Of a stretch of DNA of 64,000 nucleotides, positions 45,402 through 54,211 are shown piece after piece (the stretch's first letter is position 1; every line of letters begins with the position of its first letter). Below the pieces are notes generated by a model. That model saw only the letters and a program-made list of their open reading frames with translations. It did not search any database and was not told where the DNA came from. Location: sequence record MN871446.1. One strand, 5' to 3'. Position numbers and translations under genes: made by a program. The DNA comes from Klebsiella phage KpLz-2_45.

Positions 45402-46164
45402 CGGTAAAGTTAATCACCGGGATATCTAACTGTTTACGCTCTATCCGTTCAAGTAGGTCTGCTAACCCCGACTTGACGCCTTTAGGAAGATCGCACTGCT
45501 TTAAGTCGCCGTTAATGATGACTGTGGAATTGTCACCAACACGGGTCAGGAAGAGACGCATCTGGTTGACAGTAACGTTCTGGGCTTCGTCAAGAATAAT
45601 CACTGCATCGTCAAAGGTTCGTCCGCGCATAAAACTGAATGGTGCAACTTCGATCTTCTCGATCTCAGGACGAAGACAATACTGAAGGAAGCTTGGCCCC
45701 ATCCGACGACGGAGAATATCATAGACCGGACGGAAGTAGGGCAGGAACTTCTCGTATTGCGTTCCCGGAAGGAAACCCATCTCTTCTTCCGCTGTCAACA
45801 TCGGCCGGGTCACGACAATTTTTTCAACGCTTTTCTCGCTGAGCTGATCGACCGCATAGACTGTGGCCAAAAGCGTTTTACCCGACCCTGCAGATCCTGT
45901 AGCGACGATCAAATCCCGACTCTGTAATGCATCCATATAGAGACCCTGATTGACGTTACGGGCTTCTATCGGGCTACGATCACGCTTTTCTTTCTCCATC
46001 CCAATATGAGTAACAGGGAAGCTGTTCCCTCTGTTATCAAACTGAAAAAGTTCCGCTGTTTCTTCATTCGATAGCGAGCGTTGCTGATTGAGTTTACGGC
46101 GAGACTCACGACGAACTTCGCGATCCAATTTAGCGTTACTCTTTTGACGTCCCATCGATACCAC
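45343..46164 (-). CDS. phoH: PhoH-like ATPase
   Basis: Walker A GSAGSGKT in LIVATGSAGSGKTLLA; downstream VTRPMLTAEEEMGFLPG and DEAQN blocks typical of the PhoH family. Confidence 0.8.
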   Translation of the reverse strand: MVSMGRQKSNAKLDREVRRESRRKLNQQRSLSNEETAELFQFDNRGNSFPVTHIGMEKEKRDRSPIEARNVNQGLYMDALQSRDLIVATGSAGSGKTLLATVYAVDQLSEKSVEKIVVTRPMLTAEEEMGFLPGTQYEKFLPYFRPVYDILRRRMGPSFLQYCLRPEIEKIEVAPFSFMRGRTFDDAVIILDEAQNVTVNQMRLFLTRVGDNSTVIINGDLKQCDLPKGVKSGLADLLERIERKQLDIPVINFTDDDCVRSPICQTALAIYAE

Positions 46165-46260
46165 CTTAGCAGAGTTTAAAGAGGCTCACCGGATAGTGAG
46201 CTTTTTCTTGGTATGCAAAATAAACCACAGTTGTACGTTCATAAAAAGTCAACGGAATCT

Positions 46261-46602
46261 TTATTTTCGAATGAGGGGTTTAAATCCCCAACTGAACCCA
46301 GAGAAAATTCGTATCCAGAAGGGCGCTTTTGGTTTATAACGATAAAAGAGTTTGATCCCCGATAACCAGCCATAATAGCGGACCGTTTTAAACCAATTGC
46401 TTTTTACCTCAGCGAAAATACCCTGTAGCCAGTAATCGATAGTTTCACGATAAGGTTCTAGTTCAGGGTCATTATCGATCAGTCGATTGAGGAAATCAGT
46501 ATAAAGGATATTAGGGTCATAGTGTTCCAGTTTGTATTGCTTGTTGAGGACGAGACGGTCCTTATCCTCGATCAAGATTTCAAGAACGTGTTGTTTCTCC
46601 AT
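46261..46602 (-). CDS. hypothetical protein 113 aa
   Basis: ORF track. Confidence 0.45.
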   Translation of the reverse strand: MEKQHVLEILIEDKDRLVLNKQYKLEHYDPNILYTDFLNRLIDNDPELEPYRETIDYWLQGIFAEVKSNWFKTVRYYGWLSGIKLFYRYKPKAPFWIRIFSGFSWGFKPLIRK

Positions 46603-46684
46603 CGTTTAAAACCCTCGAGGTGAAAAAAAAAGAAATTACATAGGGATGGTCTGAAGGAGGCGTTTGCCTCCTTCAGTAGATGTT

Positions 46685-47032
46685 TTATCTTACCGTTTTA
46701 ATTTGGGTATACGGGACTTCCATTGTAGAAACGTATTTACCCATACGGTTGTAGAATAACCCTAATACCGCCACCTGCTCGTTGTCATGGTTTTCTAAGA
46801 CCAACTGGTAGTCATCGCTGTTACAACTCCATTTATATTGACTACCTTGCTGGCCCATATACTGGCAGCCTATATTAGTCCCGCCAAAAACACCGAAAGC
46901 CTTGTCGCCAGATACCGTTACACGATTATGACCGCTACGAAAAGTTTCAGTCACCGCCTGTGCAGAGAAGGTAGTGAAAACGGCTAAGAGAACTGCCGAA
47001 CAAATGAGAAAAATCTTTTTCATGTTGAGCAC
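46685..47032 (-). CDS. secreted protein 115 aa
   Basis: Signal peptide MKKIFLICSAVLLAVFTTFSAQA. Confidence 0.5.
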   Translation of the reverse strand: MLNMKKIFLICSAVLLAVFTTFSAQAVTETFRSGHNRVTVSGDKAFGVFGGTNIGCQYMGQQGSQYKWSCNSDDYQLVLENHDNEQVAVLGLFYNRMGKYVSTMEVPYTQIKTVR

Positions 47033-47035
47033 CTT

Positions 47036-47392
47036 TTAAGAACTGGAGAGAGAACGGAATTGGTTTTTGTTTACCAGCTTTTCAATGACCACCTTTTCAC
47101 GTTTACCGTCGTAAATACGTAAAAGGAATAAATTGGTTTTGTTATAGCTTTTCAGTGCGAAGTAAAAACGATCCCCGCAAACGTAAGTGTCGGCGGAGTA
47201 AACAAAGCCATCGTTATCGACCTGGTCGTTGACAATTTCTGGATCGGTGCAGATGTACTTCTTGCCGTTCGCAAAGATGACCGCGCGGTTATCGGTGATC
47301 GTCCATTTAGAGTTTTGATCCTCGAACATAATCGCTGTTGCATTAGCGAAGAAAGGGAAAACCAACGTTAAAATAAGAATGATCTTTTTCAT
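47036..47392 (-). CDS. secreted protein 118 aa
   Basis: Signal peptide MKKIILILTLVFPFFANATA. Confidence 0.5.
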   Translation of the reverse strand: MKKIILILTLVFPFFANATAIMFEDQNSKWTITDNRAVIFANGKKYICTDPEIVNDQVDNDGFVYSADTYVCGDRFYFALKSYNKTNLFLLRIYDGKREKVVIEKLVNKNQFRSLSSS

Positions 47393-47406
47393 GTTTATAA
47401 CACCAA

Positions 47407-47754
47407 TTAATGGAAAGAATTAGAGAGCCAGAAACGACATTCGTCTTGCTGCGTTGCTTCTAGCTTGGTTTTCATCTCAGTGAAACATTTGATGTCGTCA
47501 CGATGTTTACTGGCGATTTCAGGATCAAGAACTTCTGCCAGTTCCGCCAGAAAAGTTAAACTCTGAATCGTACGATCAAGGAGTTCAATGGCGCGACTCG
47601 TTAACAGAGGACGTTCAATGAGGTCATGCTCGTCTTTAATCGAAAAGAGCGACTGGAAGACCGTTGAGAGTTCGTTGATTGTAGCGTCGTTATCAGAAAA
47701 TGACATATTGATTCTCCTTTTATTAAAAAACAAAATAAGAAGAGGGGTCACCAC
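47407..47754 (-). CDS. hypothetical protein 115 aa
   Basis: ORF track; terminator upstream (47725-47760). Confidence 0.45.
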   Translation of the reverse strand: MVTPLLILFFNKRRINMSFSDNDATINELSTVFQSLFSIKDEHDLIERPLLTSRAIELLDRTIQSLTFLAELAEVLDPEIASKHRDDIKCFTEMKTKLEATQQDECRFWLSNSFH

Positions 47755-47760
47755 CCCTCC
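47725..47760 (-). terminator. terminator
   Basis: GAGGGGT-CACC-ACCCCTC; T-run on the minus strand (TTATTTTGTTTTTT). Confidence 0.6.
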
Positions 47761-47770
47761 TCCGGCTGTA

Positions 47771-48238
47771 TTATTTCTTTAAAATGTCACTACCGTTAAA
47801 GTAGAGTCTCAGTCCAGCGAGACCGAGTTTCTCTACGGCTTCATCAACGCCAACCGCCAGTCTTTCAATGACGGTATGTTCACTACCGCGTAAGAACATA
47901 GGTTCGAAGTCATCACCGAAGACACCGTCCAGATGAATCAACATCCAAATTTCACCGGTCTCTTTCATACAGACTTCCGACTTACCCAGGTCATTGATGC
48001 GCTCAAGACCCAGATCACGTAATATCAGGATAGCTGAACCGCATTCATCGCCGAGGATCCAGTTATCTTCATCGAAATTTTCTAACTCTTCAAGCAGAAC
48101 CCCGGCATGATGAAGGACGATATCATTAACGGCATTGACCATTGCCGCCGCGGCGTCACGGAATTTCTGTTCGCGTTCTTCACGGCTGTATTTCAGATTA
48201 GCAAAAACGCTTAAAGCAGTAGATTTTAAAAATGACAT
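47771..48238 (-). CDS. hypothetical protein (~155 aa; start moved to the MSFLK ATG at 48238)
   Basis: The listed N-terminal 69 codons overlap the upstream gene; terminator 48262-48285 and AACTAAACC leader precede the internal ATG. Confidence 0.45.
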   Translation of the reverse strand: MSFLKSTALSVFANLKYSREEREQKFRDAAAAMVNAVNDIVLHHAGVLLEELENFDEDNWILGDECGSAILILRDLGLERINDLGKSEVCMKETGEIWMLIHLDGVFGDDFEPMFLRGSEHTVIERLAVGVDEAVEKLGLAGLRLYFNGSDILKK

Positions 48239-48261
48239 TTGTCTTCTCTCTATAGGTTTAG

Positions 48262-48285
48262 TTGTATAATTGGCAGGGGAATTCC
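48262..48285 (-). terminator. terminator or attenuator hairpin
   Basis: GGCAGGGG-AATT-CCCCTGCC. Confidence 0.5.
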
Positions 48286-48305
48286 CCTGCCAGGTAAGTG
48301 TTTGA

Positions 48306-48938
48306 TTAGTTAAAGAACGGCGCCATGTTCGCACTGAATTTAATATCTTCAGCGTGTTTGAATTTGATCGTTGTAACAGTGATCGGTTCGTAGTTGGCCA
48401 TGTTAACAATCGACAGCGTTTTATCGAGGTAGATAACGTTGTCACGGATGATCATGTGGTAATGCTCACGTTCCCCGCTTTGTACTTTAGCCACTTCGTC
48501 AATGAAGATATCCGTTTCCGGATTAAAGCTGAAGTCGCTCGGCATAACTTTCACAGGGTTCTGTTCGCGATAACGCTTAATATTAACGATAACTTCTTCT
48601 ACCCCGTAGACGATAGAAAGAATATCCGTCTCTTCTTCGAAGTCTGCGAGTTCATCAGGAGTAAGAATCGTGCTGTCGAGGTATTCGCGTTTGTACGGCC
48701 AGTTGGCCAGGAATTCTGGCTCGTCGCACATCGTGGAAAACGCCTCTCTATTTTCGCAGTACATCCAAAAACGGTCGCCCGTACTCATACGAGTCTCCAC
48801 GATTAAATCTGCCGTTTCCGGGATAGAATTTTCAAAATCGAAGCGCGGCGTGAATGTGGCGAAATTCTCGGAGAGCGTGTCCGGGGTCAAATCAAAGTTA
48901 GCGTCTTTAGCGAAAACAGTAATAGTGAAAGTGGTCAT
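48306..48938 (-). CDS. hypothetical protein 210 aa
   Basis: ORF track; cassette 48944-49034 immediately upstream. Confidence 0.5.
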   Translation of the reverse strand: MTTFTITVFAKDANFDLTPDTLSENFATFTPRFDFENSIPETADLIVETRMSTGDRFWMYCENREAFSTMCDEPEFLANWPYKREYLDSTILTPDELADFEEETDILSIVYGVEEVIVNIKRYREQNPVKVMPSDFSFNPETDIFIDEVAKVQSGEREHYHMIIRDNVIYLDKTLSIVNMANYEPITVTTIKFKHAEDIKFSANMAPFFN

Positions 48939-48943
48939 GATAT

Positions 48944-49034
48944 ATTCCTTATTGGTTTAGTTAAAAGTATGATAAAAAGGTTATTCTTTTCCTTTATCAC
49001 TCGGGCAATATATACATGAAAAAAATTGGAGATT
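48944..49034. promoter_or_regulatory. recurrent cassette, copy 4 (between 48306-48938 and the glycosyltransferase operon)
   Basis: TTTTTTTCATGTATATATTGCCCGAGTGATAAAGGAAAAGAATAACCTTTTT ... TTAACTAAACCAATAAGGA ... ATG. Confidence 0.55.
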
Positions 49035-49078
49035 AATCTTATGACTTTTTCACTGAACATAACCAGGTTGAATACTCT

Positions 49079-50536
49079 ATGGACGTAATCATTGATGGTA
49101 AACGTTATATACCAGAAGAACAAGCAGAGAAGAAAATTGGGATAGCGATCTCCACGCGTAACCGACACGACGTCCTTAAACGAACGTTAGAGCAACACGA
49201 AAAGTTTCTACCACCTAATGCCGTGGTTTACATTGTCGACGATGGGTCTGATACCCCAGTTAAAGGTCCTGAATGGGCTCAGGTGCACCGTCACGAGAAA
49301 AGCGAAGGGATTGTTGCGGTAAAGAATACTTCGCTTCAGCTTTTGATTGACGCCAGTTGTGAGCATCTTTACCTCTGGGACGATGACGCGTTCCCTATCG
49401 CAGAGAATTGGTGGGTGCCGTATATGGAATCCCCTGAACCGCATCTGGGTTATCAATTTAAAGACCTCGCCGGTAAAAGGAAAATCAACGATACTATCGA
49501 GGTCTTCAATGACGGTAAACACTTCGCGCTTTCGGGTCAGCGTGGTGTAATGTTGTACTACCATAAATCCGCAATTGATAAAGTCGGTGGTTTTGATCCT
49601 ATTTACCAACGGGGAATGTATGAACACGTTGACTTAGCATTAAGAATTCACAATGCTGGGTTAACAACGTTTCCTTTTGGCGACGTCGTTGGTAGTAACA
49701 AACTCATCTACTCACTCGATGAACATGAAGAAGTGACGCGTTCAGTCCCGCCAGCTGATCGCCAGCAACAAGTCGAACGTAACGTCAAGATTTATAACGC
49801 CAGGCGGAGAGCGCGTTATAGCGGATTCGCCCCGTACCGTAAACCACGTCGGGTGGTAATGACTTGTCTGCTCACTGGTTGTGTAGACCCGCAGCGTAAT
49901 CAGCACATGCAGGCGACTCCCGCTTTATTACAAGCGTGGGCGAACAGTATTAAGGGCGCAGAGAAAATTGTCTTTGCTGATCAACTCTCAGCGATGACGG
50001 GTGTGAATCTGATTAAGGTTCCCGAAGTCAACAATCTTTCCCCTTACTTCTTACGGTGGTTGCACATCTACCAATATCTCCGCGATAACCCGGATATTGA
50101 ACAGGTCTGGTGCACAGACGGAACTGACGTTATCATGTTGAGAGAACCATGGGAAAGCATGGAACCCGGTAAACTGTATGTCGGTAATGAACACACCACT
50201 TACAGCAACCCGTGGTTTGATAAAGTCAATCACCAGAAGTCCCTGAAAAAGTTTATTCAGGAAAATAAAGATCAGCAGGTTGTCAACGCTGGGATTATTG
50301 GTGGTTCACGTGAAGACGTCATGAAAGTGGCACACGGGATGATCGCGCAAGTCTGGAAAATGAAATCAGAAATTTTCTGGCGAGAAGAAACCGGTCCTGA
50401 ATCAGCGACAGATATGGTAATGTTCGGAATCGAAGTCTTCAAATTTGGTGAGAACCTGGTACACGGCCCGATCGTCAACACCGTCTTTAAAGGAAACGGT
50501 CACGGCAATGACATCGCTTTCTGGCAGCACAAGTAG
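49079..50536 (+). CDS. two-domain glycosyltransferase: N-terminal GT-A family 2 domain plus uncharacterised C-terminal domain
   Basis: IAISTRNRHDVLKRTLEQ ... VVYIVDDGSD matches the GT2 N-terminal signature; DxD-like WDDDAFP about 100 aa in; 485 aa. Confidence 0.6.
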   Translation: MDVIIDGKRYIPEEQAEKKIGIAISTRNRHDVLKRTLEQHEKFLPPNAVVYIVDDGSDTPVKGPEWAQVHRHEKSEGIVAVKNTSLQLLIDASCEHLYLWDDDAFPIAENWWVPYMESPEPHLGYQFKDLAGKRKINDTIEVFNDGKHFALSGQRGVMLYYHKSAIDKVGGFDPIYQRGMYEHVDLALRIHNAGLTTFPFGDVVGSNKLIYSLDEHEEVTRSVPPADRQQQVERNVKIYNARRRARYSGFAPYRKPRRVVMTCLLTGCVDPQRNQHMQATPALLQAWANSIKGAEKIVFADQLSAMTGVNLIKVPEVNNLSPYFLRWLHIYQYLRDNPDIEQVWCTDGTDVIMLREPWESMEPGKLYVGNEHTTYSNPWFDKVNHQKSLKKFIQENKDQQVVNAGIIGGSREDVMKVAHGMIAQVWKMKSEIFWREETGPESATDMVMFGIEVFKFGENLVHGPIVNTVFKGNGHGNDIAFWQHK

Positions 50537-50547
50537 AGGTAACTAAT

Positions 50548-51138
50548 ATGCGTATTGCGGTAGTAGGCCACGTATCAAGGAAGATGGCTATTGAGAAACT
50601 CACGAGCGTGCTCCCTTGCGAAGTGTTTCTTGACACAGTAGGGACAGGGGCGTTGGCTAACCACATCAAGGCTTTGGAATGGGCAGTCCAACAGGATGAA
50701 CGCGTTGTTATCATGGAAGACGATGCTATTCCGGTTGAGGGCTTTATTGAAAAAGCAGAAAAGTGGTTTACTGTTTACCCGGAACAATTCGTCAGTTTTT
50801 ATCTAGGGACGAGCCGACCACCGCAGTACCAGGAATTAGTAACGCACTCAATTCTTAACGCTAAACGGTTAGGGCGTGAAGCGATCCGATTAAATCAATT
50901 GATTCACGGTGTCTGTTATTCGCCCGCCCCGGGTTCTATTGAAAAGATCCTAAAGGGAATTGATAACCGAAAACCGGCAGACTTTGCTATCGGGAGTGCG
51001 TGGGACGGTCCTGTCTATTACCCTATCAAATCGCTAGTAGAGCACCGTGACGGCCGTTCAGTGGAAAAGCATACTGACGGTAGGAAAAGTTCAGGGAAAC
51101 GTGTAGCGCGCTTCCTGGACGGTAATTTGATGTACTAA
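50548..51138 (+). CDS. GT-A-fold glycosyltransferase (family 25-like)
   Basis: ERVVIMEDDAIPVEGF resembles the GT25 (LgtB/Lic2A-type) ExDD block; 12 nt after the upstream stop, same strand. Confidence 0.4.
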   Translation: MRIAVVGHVSRKMAIEKLTSVLPCEVFLDTVGTGALANHIKALEWAVQQDERVVIMEDDAIPVEGFIEKAEKWFTVYPEQFVSFYLGTSRPPQYQELVTHSILNAKRLGREAIRLNQLIHGVCYSPAPGSIEKILKGIDNRKPADFAIGSAWDGPVYYPIKSLVEHRDGRSVEKHTDGRKSSGKRVARFLDGNLMY

Positions 51139-51151
51139 AAAAGAAAGATAC

Positions 51152-51183
51152 GGCATAGAGTCTCTCCCTTCCTGCATTGGCAG
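51152..51183. terminator. bidirectional terminator after the glycosyltransferase operon
   Basis: CTCTCCCTTCCTGC-ATTG-GCAGGAAGGGAGAG. Confidence 0.6.
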
Positions 51184-51195
51184 GAAGGGAGAGGA

Positions 51196-51609
51196 TTATT
51201 CTACTAACGTGACGCCTTCAAAACCATCTACCGTGTAACCGCGACATTTAACGAAGGTGATATCGAAAGCGATTTTCCCTAAGTTAAAGAGTGCGTCGCC
51301 TAAGTCGATCTGTTCAACTTCGATCACGCACGACGCTTCAAACGTGTAAACCGGCATTTTCTTTTCCGCGACAAAGACAATACGTTTCCCAGAAAGTTCC
51401 GCGTCCTTTTTCGCTGACTTGATTTTCTCCATCAAGTCTTTCGCGTTTAAATCGCCGTACTCGCTGTGAATGAAAAGGATGACCTCCTCTTTCAATTCAG
51501 GGGCGACCGCTTTCAGGAAAAGCTCCGCTGCATCCGACGTCTCAGCGATAATCGATAAGGTATGCTGAGATTTTAAGAACTGAATAAGTAGCTGTTTAAC
51601 GGGGGTCAT
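51196..51609 (-). CDS. hypothetical protein 137 aa
   Basis: ORF track; 1-nt spacing to the upstream gene. Confidence 0.45.
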   Translation of the reverse strand: MTPVKQLLIQFLKSQHTLSIIAETSDAAELFLKAVAPELKEEVILFIHSEYGDLNAKDLMEKIKSAKKDAELSGKRIVFVAEKKMPVYTFEASCVIEVEQIDLGDALFNLGKIAFDITFVKCRGYTVDGFEGVTLVE

Positions 51610-51804
51610 CTAGAAATCCTTGATAAACGTAATTAAGCTTAGATAATGCAACCAGCCGAAGACGACGACACAAACTAACGACTGTAAAACCGCCATCATT
51701 TTCTTTTTCAGACCGTCCCGTATTGCAATCCACAGAAAAGCGAAAATCAGGTTACCGCTCAATAAGACCAATAACCAAAGTAAGGTATTAAGGACGTATG
51801 CCAT
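51610..51804 (-). CDS. two-TM membrane peptide (~64 aa)
   Basis: MAYVLNTLLWLLVLLSGNLIFAFLWIAI ...; overlaps the 3' end of the HTH micro-gene in another frame. Confidence 0.4.
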   Translation of the reverse strand: MAYVLNTLLWLLVLLSGNLIFAFLWIAIRDGLKKKMMAVLQSLVCVVVFGWLHYLSLITFIKDF

Positions 51805-51925
51805 CAACAGCCCCGGTAATGGTTTCGAGTTTCCAGAATAATTCTTTCCCCTCTCGTTTATCGGGAGCAGGGAGTTTCCCTTTACTGACGCGAATACGAA
51901 CAGCGGATTGGGAGATGCCTAACAT
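51788..51925 (-). CDS. 45-aa AlpA/MerR-like helix-turn-helix DNA-binding protein
   Basis: MLGISQSAVRIRVSKGKLPAPDKREGKELFWKLETI resembles the phage AlpA-family motif (LSxSTIYRLxxxGxFPxPxKxGxRxxxWxxxEI); ATG 1 nt after the upstream stop (TAA-A-ATG); not in the ORF track. Confidence 0.4.
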   Translation of the reverse strand: MLGISQSAVRIRVSKGKLPAPDKREGKELFWKLETITGAVDGIRP

Positions 51926-51926
51926 T

Positions 51927-52394
51927 TTAGCGACGTCTTTTGTGTTTTTCAACGGGTTCGTTCCTTATTGAACTGTCTTTGGTAAAGGTGAAGTCAAACG
52001 CTTCGATTGATTCTATCTGGGCGATTCTGCCGTAGTCAGAATTAATGATAAGGGACTGACTGCGCATAGCAAAACCAGAAAGGTCTGGAAAAAGATTTCT
52101 GAATCCGATCGCCTCGGGGGAAAGCGCAATGTCAGCATAAAGCCAGATGGCGCCACTGGAACAATTGTTAACGATCTCGTAACCTACTAGATACCCTGCG
52201 CTTTGATTCCGTGAAAAGGATTTTTCCCAATCATCGGCCTGTGCGAACGTGACGTAACCGATACTGCCAAAGTTCAGGATCTTCTGCATTTGGGCTTCCA
52301 GTCGATCAAGTGTAATGTTGTACTGATCAGCATTACGAAAATCACTGGGCGCATTGAAATTCATTAACTCTAAATTCCGTATCAATTCTGACAT
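51927..52394 (-). CDS. hypothetical protein 155 aa
   Basis: ORF track. Confidence 0.45.
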   Translation of the reverse strand: MSELIRNLELMNFNAPSDFRNADQYNITLDRLEAQMQKILNFGSIGYVTFAQADDWEKSFSRNQSAGYLVGYEIVNNCSSGAIWLYADIALSPEAIGFRNLFPDLSGFAMRSQSLIINSDYGRIAQIESIEAFDFTFTKDSSIRNEPVEKHKRRR

Positions 52395-52412
52395 TGGCTT
52401 TACCCCACGATT

Positions 52413-52940
52413 TTATCCTCCGAAAGAATGGGAGGAAAAAGAAGAATGCGAACGAGATGTCGAACCAAATCCCGAACGGGTCACTGTTTTCACGCCTGAG
52501 AAACCATTAGAGGTTCGTGTAGGCGCGAATTCTGTACCGCTACGAGAACGAAAGGTTTCGCTATTTCGTGATCGATAGAAAGGCTGTGCGTAGCTCCCTG
52601 TACCGCCATAGGAATAATAATGCGGGTATGGGTAGAAATGCGACCCACCATGGGACGTGTATTCACAGCGATTGTTGTCGTTATCTTTCTCACATTCTTC
52701 TTTGGTACGGTAGGGTTTTCCTGTCACCTTTGCGTTATCAACTGCTGACTTATACGCGTTGGTGCAATTAGCAGAATAGTCGTTGAGTGTCTTCTGACAT
52801 TCTGAGATCGAACCGTATGGGCGATAAGTGTCGTCAGAGACGTCGCACCCGGATAAGAAAGCACTGGCGATAATCACCCCACCCGCCAGAATAATTCTTT
52901 TACGGAATCTCGCCTTAGAAATATTTTTTGTTCTTTTCAT
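52413..52940 (-). CDS. lipoprotein 175 aa with Ser/Gly-rich C-terminus
   Basis: Signal peptide ending in lipobox LSGC (ILAGGVIIASAFLSGCD); C-terminal GFGSTSRSHSSFSSHSFGG. Confidence 0.5.
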   Translation of the reverse strand: MKRTKNISKARFRKRIILAGGVIIASAFLSGCDVSDDTYRPYGSISECQKTLNDYSANCTNAYKSAVDNAKVTGKPYRTKEECEKDNDNNRCEYTSHGGSHFYPYPHYYSYGGTGSYAQPFYRSRNSETFRSRSGTEFAPTRTSNGFSGVKTVTRSGFGSTSRSHSSFSSHSFGG

Positions 52941-52991
52941 TACCCCATCCTTTAAAAGTAAATAATCAAATAAATTAAACAGTATAAAAAA

Positions 52992-53016
52992 ATAGACAGG
53001 AGTAACCCTGTCTATA
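52992..53016 (-). terminator. terminator
   Basis: ATAGACAGG-AGTAAC-CCTGTCTAT with T7 on the minus strand. Confidence 0.55.
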
Positions 53017-53042
53017 GTGTAATAGTTTGTTAACGTAGGCGA

Positions 53043-53411
53043 TCAGTCAGAACGTCGCGCGACCGTCCAGGCAAATCCCCCGCTACCTTTTTGTACTTTG
53101 ATAACAATATCGGCAGCGAATTTTGTTTTGTTAGTGAGTGCCCTTACATCTAACGTCAACCATAATTGGCGATTGGCGGCGAGTACCGGTTGCGGTTTAG
53201 AAGGGTGTGACAACAGAGTCACACTATCGAACGTTCCGTCCGATGGTATCTCAGGCAGTGAATCAGAAAAAAGTTTCTTTACGTTTCTTTCCGTGATCGG
53301 TCCAAACTGATCCTCCGTGAAGGCAAGTAAATCATCTTCCTGTTCCCCGATAAGCAAGACAGTTTTATTGTCTTGCCACATGATCGCATTCAACGCATCT
53401 TGACAGGTCAT
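53043..53411 (-). CDS. hypothetical protein 122 aa
   Basis: ORF track; terminator 52992-53016 downstream. Confidence 0.45.
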   Translation of the reverse strand: MTCQDALNAIMWQDNKTVLLIGEQEDDLLAFTEDQFGPITERNVKKLFSDSLPEIPSDGTFDSVTLLSHPSKPQPVLAANRQLWLTLDVRALTNKTKFAADIVIKVQKGSGGFAWTVARRSD

Positions 53412-53857
53412 TCATTTTCTCCACTAAGTTTAGCTAAGCCACTTTTTCTTTCAGAGCGGTCAAAGCCGAAAGTCGTTAAATGTCCGTTGCTTAACTCGAA
53501 ATGCGCGATGATATCCGCTACAAATAATGTTTTGGCCGGGAAAGCGTAATCTTGATAGAATCCCTGCGCAAATGAACCTTCGGAAAGAAATAATACCGAC
53601 CCTTTTCTCTCGCCAATAGAAGGGAAAATCTGTGAAAGCTGTCTCGATGCACTAATGAAACGATCGTCCGGATTATAATAGATCGCCATGTCAAAACCGC
53701 CATGACGTTCAATGAGTTGATTTTTACGATTATGTTCTATAGGATCTAACCCCAATTCCTTTAATCCCATCAACAACGCTTTTTCATTATTACCTGTAAC
53801 GAGAACGAATTTTTCATTAGTGTTACTTATTAAAGTTTTCAATGTCTCGATATTCAT
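53408..53857 (-). CDS. hypothetical protein 149 aa (N-terminus MNIETLK... similar to 54204-54659)
   Basis: ORF track; ATGA overlap with the downstream gene. Confidence 0.45.
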   Translation of the reverse strand: MNIETLKTLISNTNEKFVLVTGNNEKALLMGLKELGLDPIEHNRKNQLIERHGGFDMAIYYNPDDRFISASRQLSQIFPSIGERKGSVLFLSEGSFAQGFYQDYAFPAKTLFVADIIAHFELSNGHLTTFGFDRSERKSGLAKLSGENE

Positions 53858-53885
53858 GATATTTCTCCTCTGTTTAAAATATAAG

Positions 53886-53908
53886 TAAGGGGTATAAAAC
53901 CCCTTACC
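53886..53908 (-). terminator. terminator
   Basis: GTAAGGGG-TATAAAA-CCCCTTAC; T-run on the minus strand. Confidence 0.55.
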
Positions 53909-53911
53909 GTT

Positions 53912-54211
53912 TTATTTGCGATACGCTTTCGTGCCGTTGTCTGTCTGCTGAGTGTACTTGTTCTCAGAAGGGCAATACGGATCACGGGCGGCATAACTTC
54001 CCCCTAAGACAGGCGCAATGCTTCTCCCTTCTACGTAGAAGTACTCGCAACCAGTCGCGTGATCGATGATAATCCGTAAATAACCATCATCCATAGACTT
54101 CTTCTCGAAGCGCCCCGCATAGTTATTATCGGGGTCATCCCACACCGTAATAGTGTCAGCTAACGCCCCGTGCGAGAACAACAGTATCAGAACAAGAAAA
54201 AGTTTATTCAC
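53912..54211 (-). CDS. secreted protein 99 aa
   Basis: Signal peptide MNKLFLVLILLFSHGALA. Confidence 0.5.
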   Translation of the reverse strand: MNKLFLVLILLFSHGALADTITVWDDPDNNYAGRFEKKSMDDGYLRIIIDHATGCEYFYVEGRSIAPVLGGSYAARDPYCPSENKYTQQTDNGTKAYRK

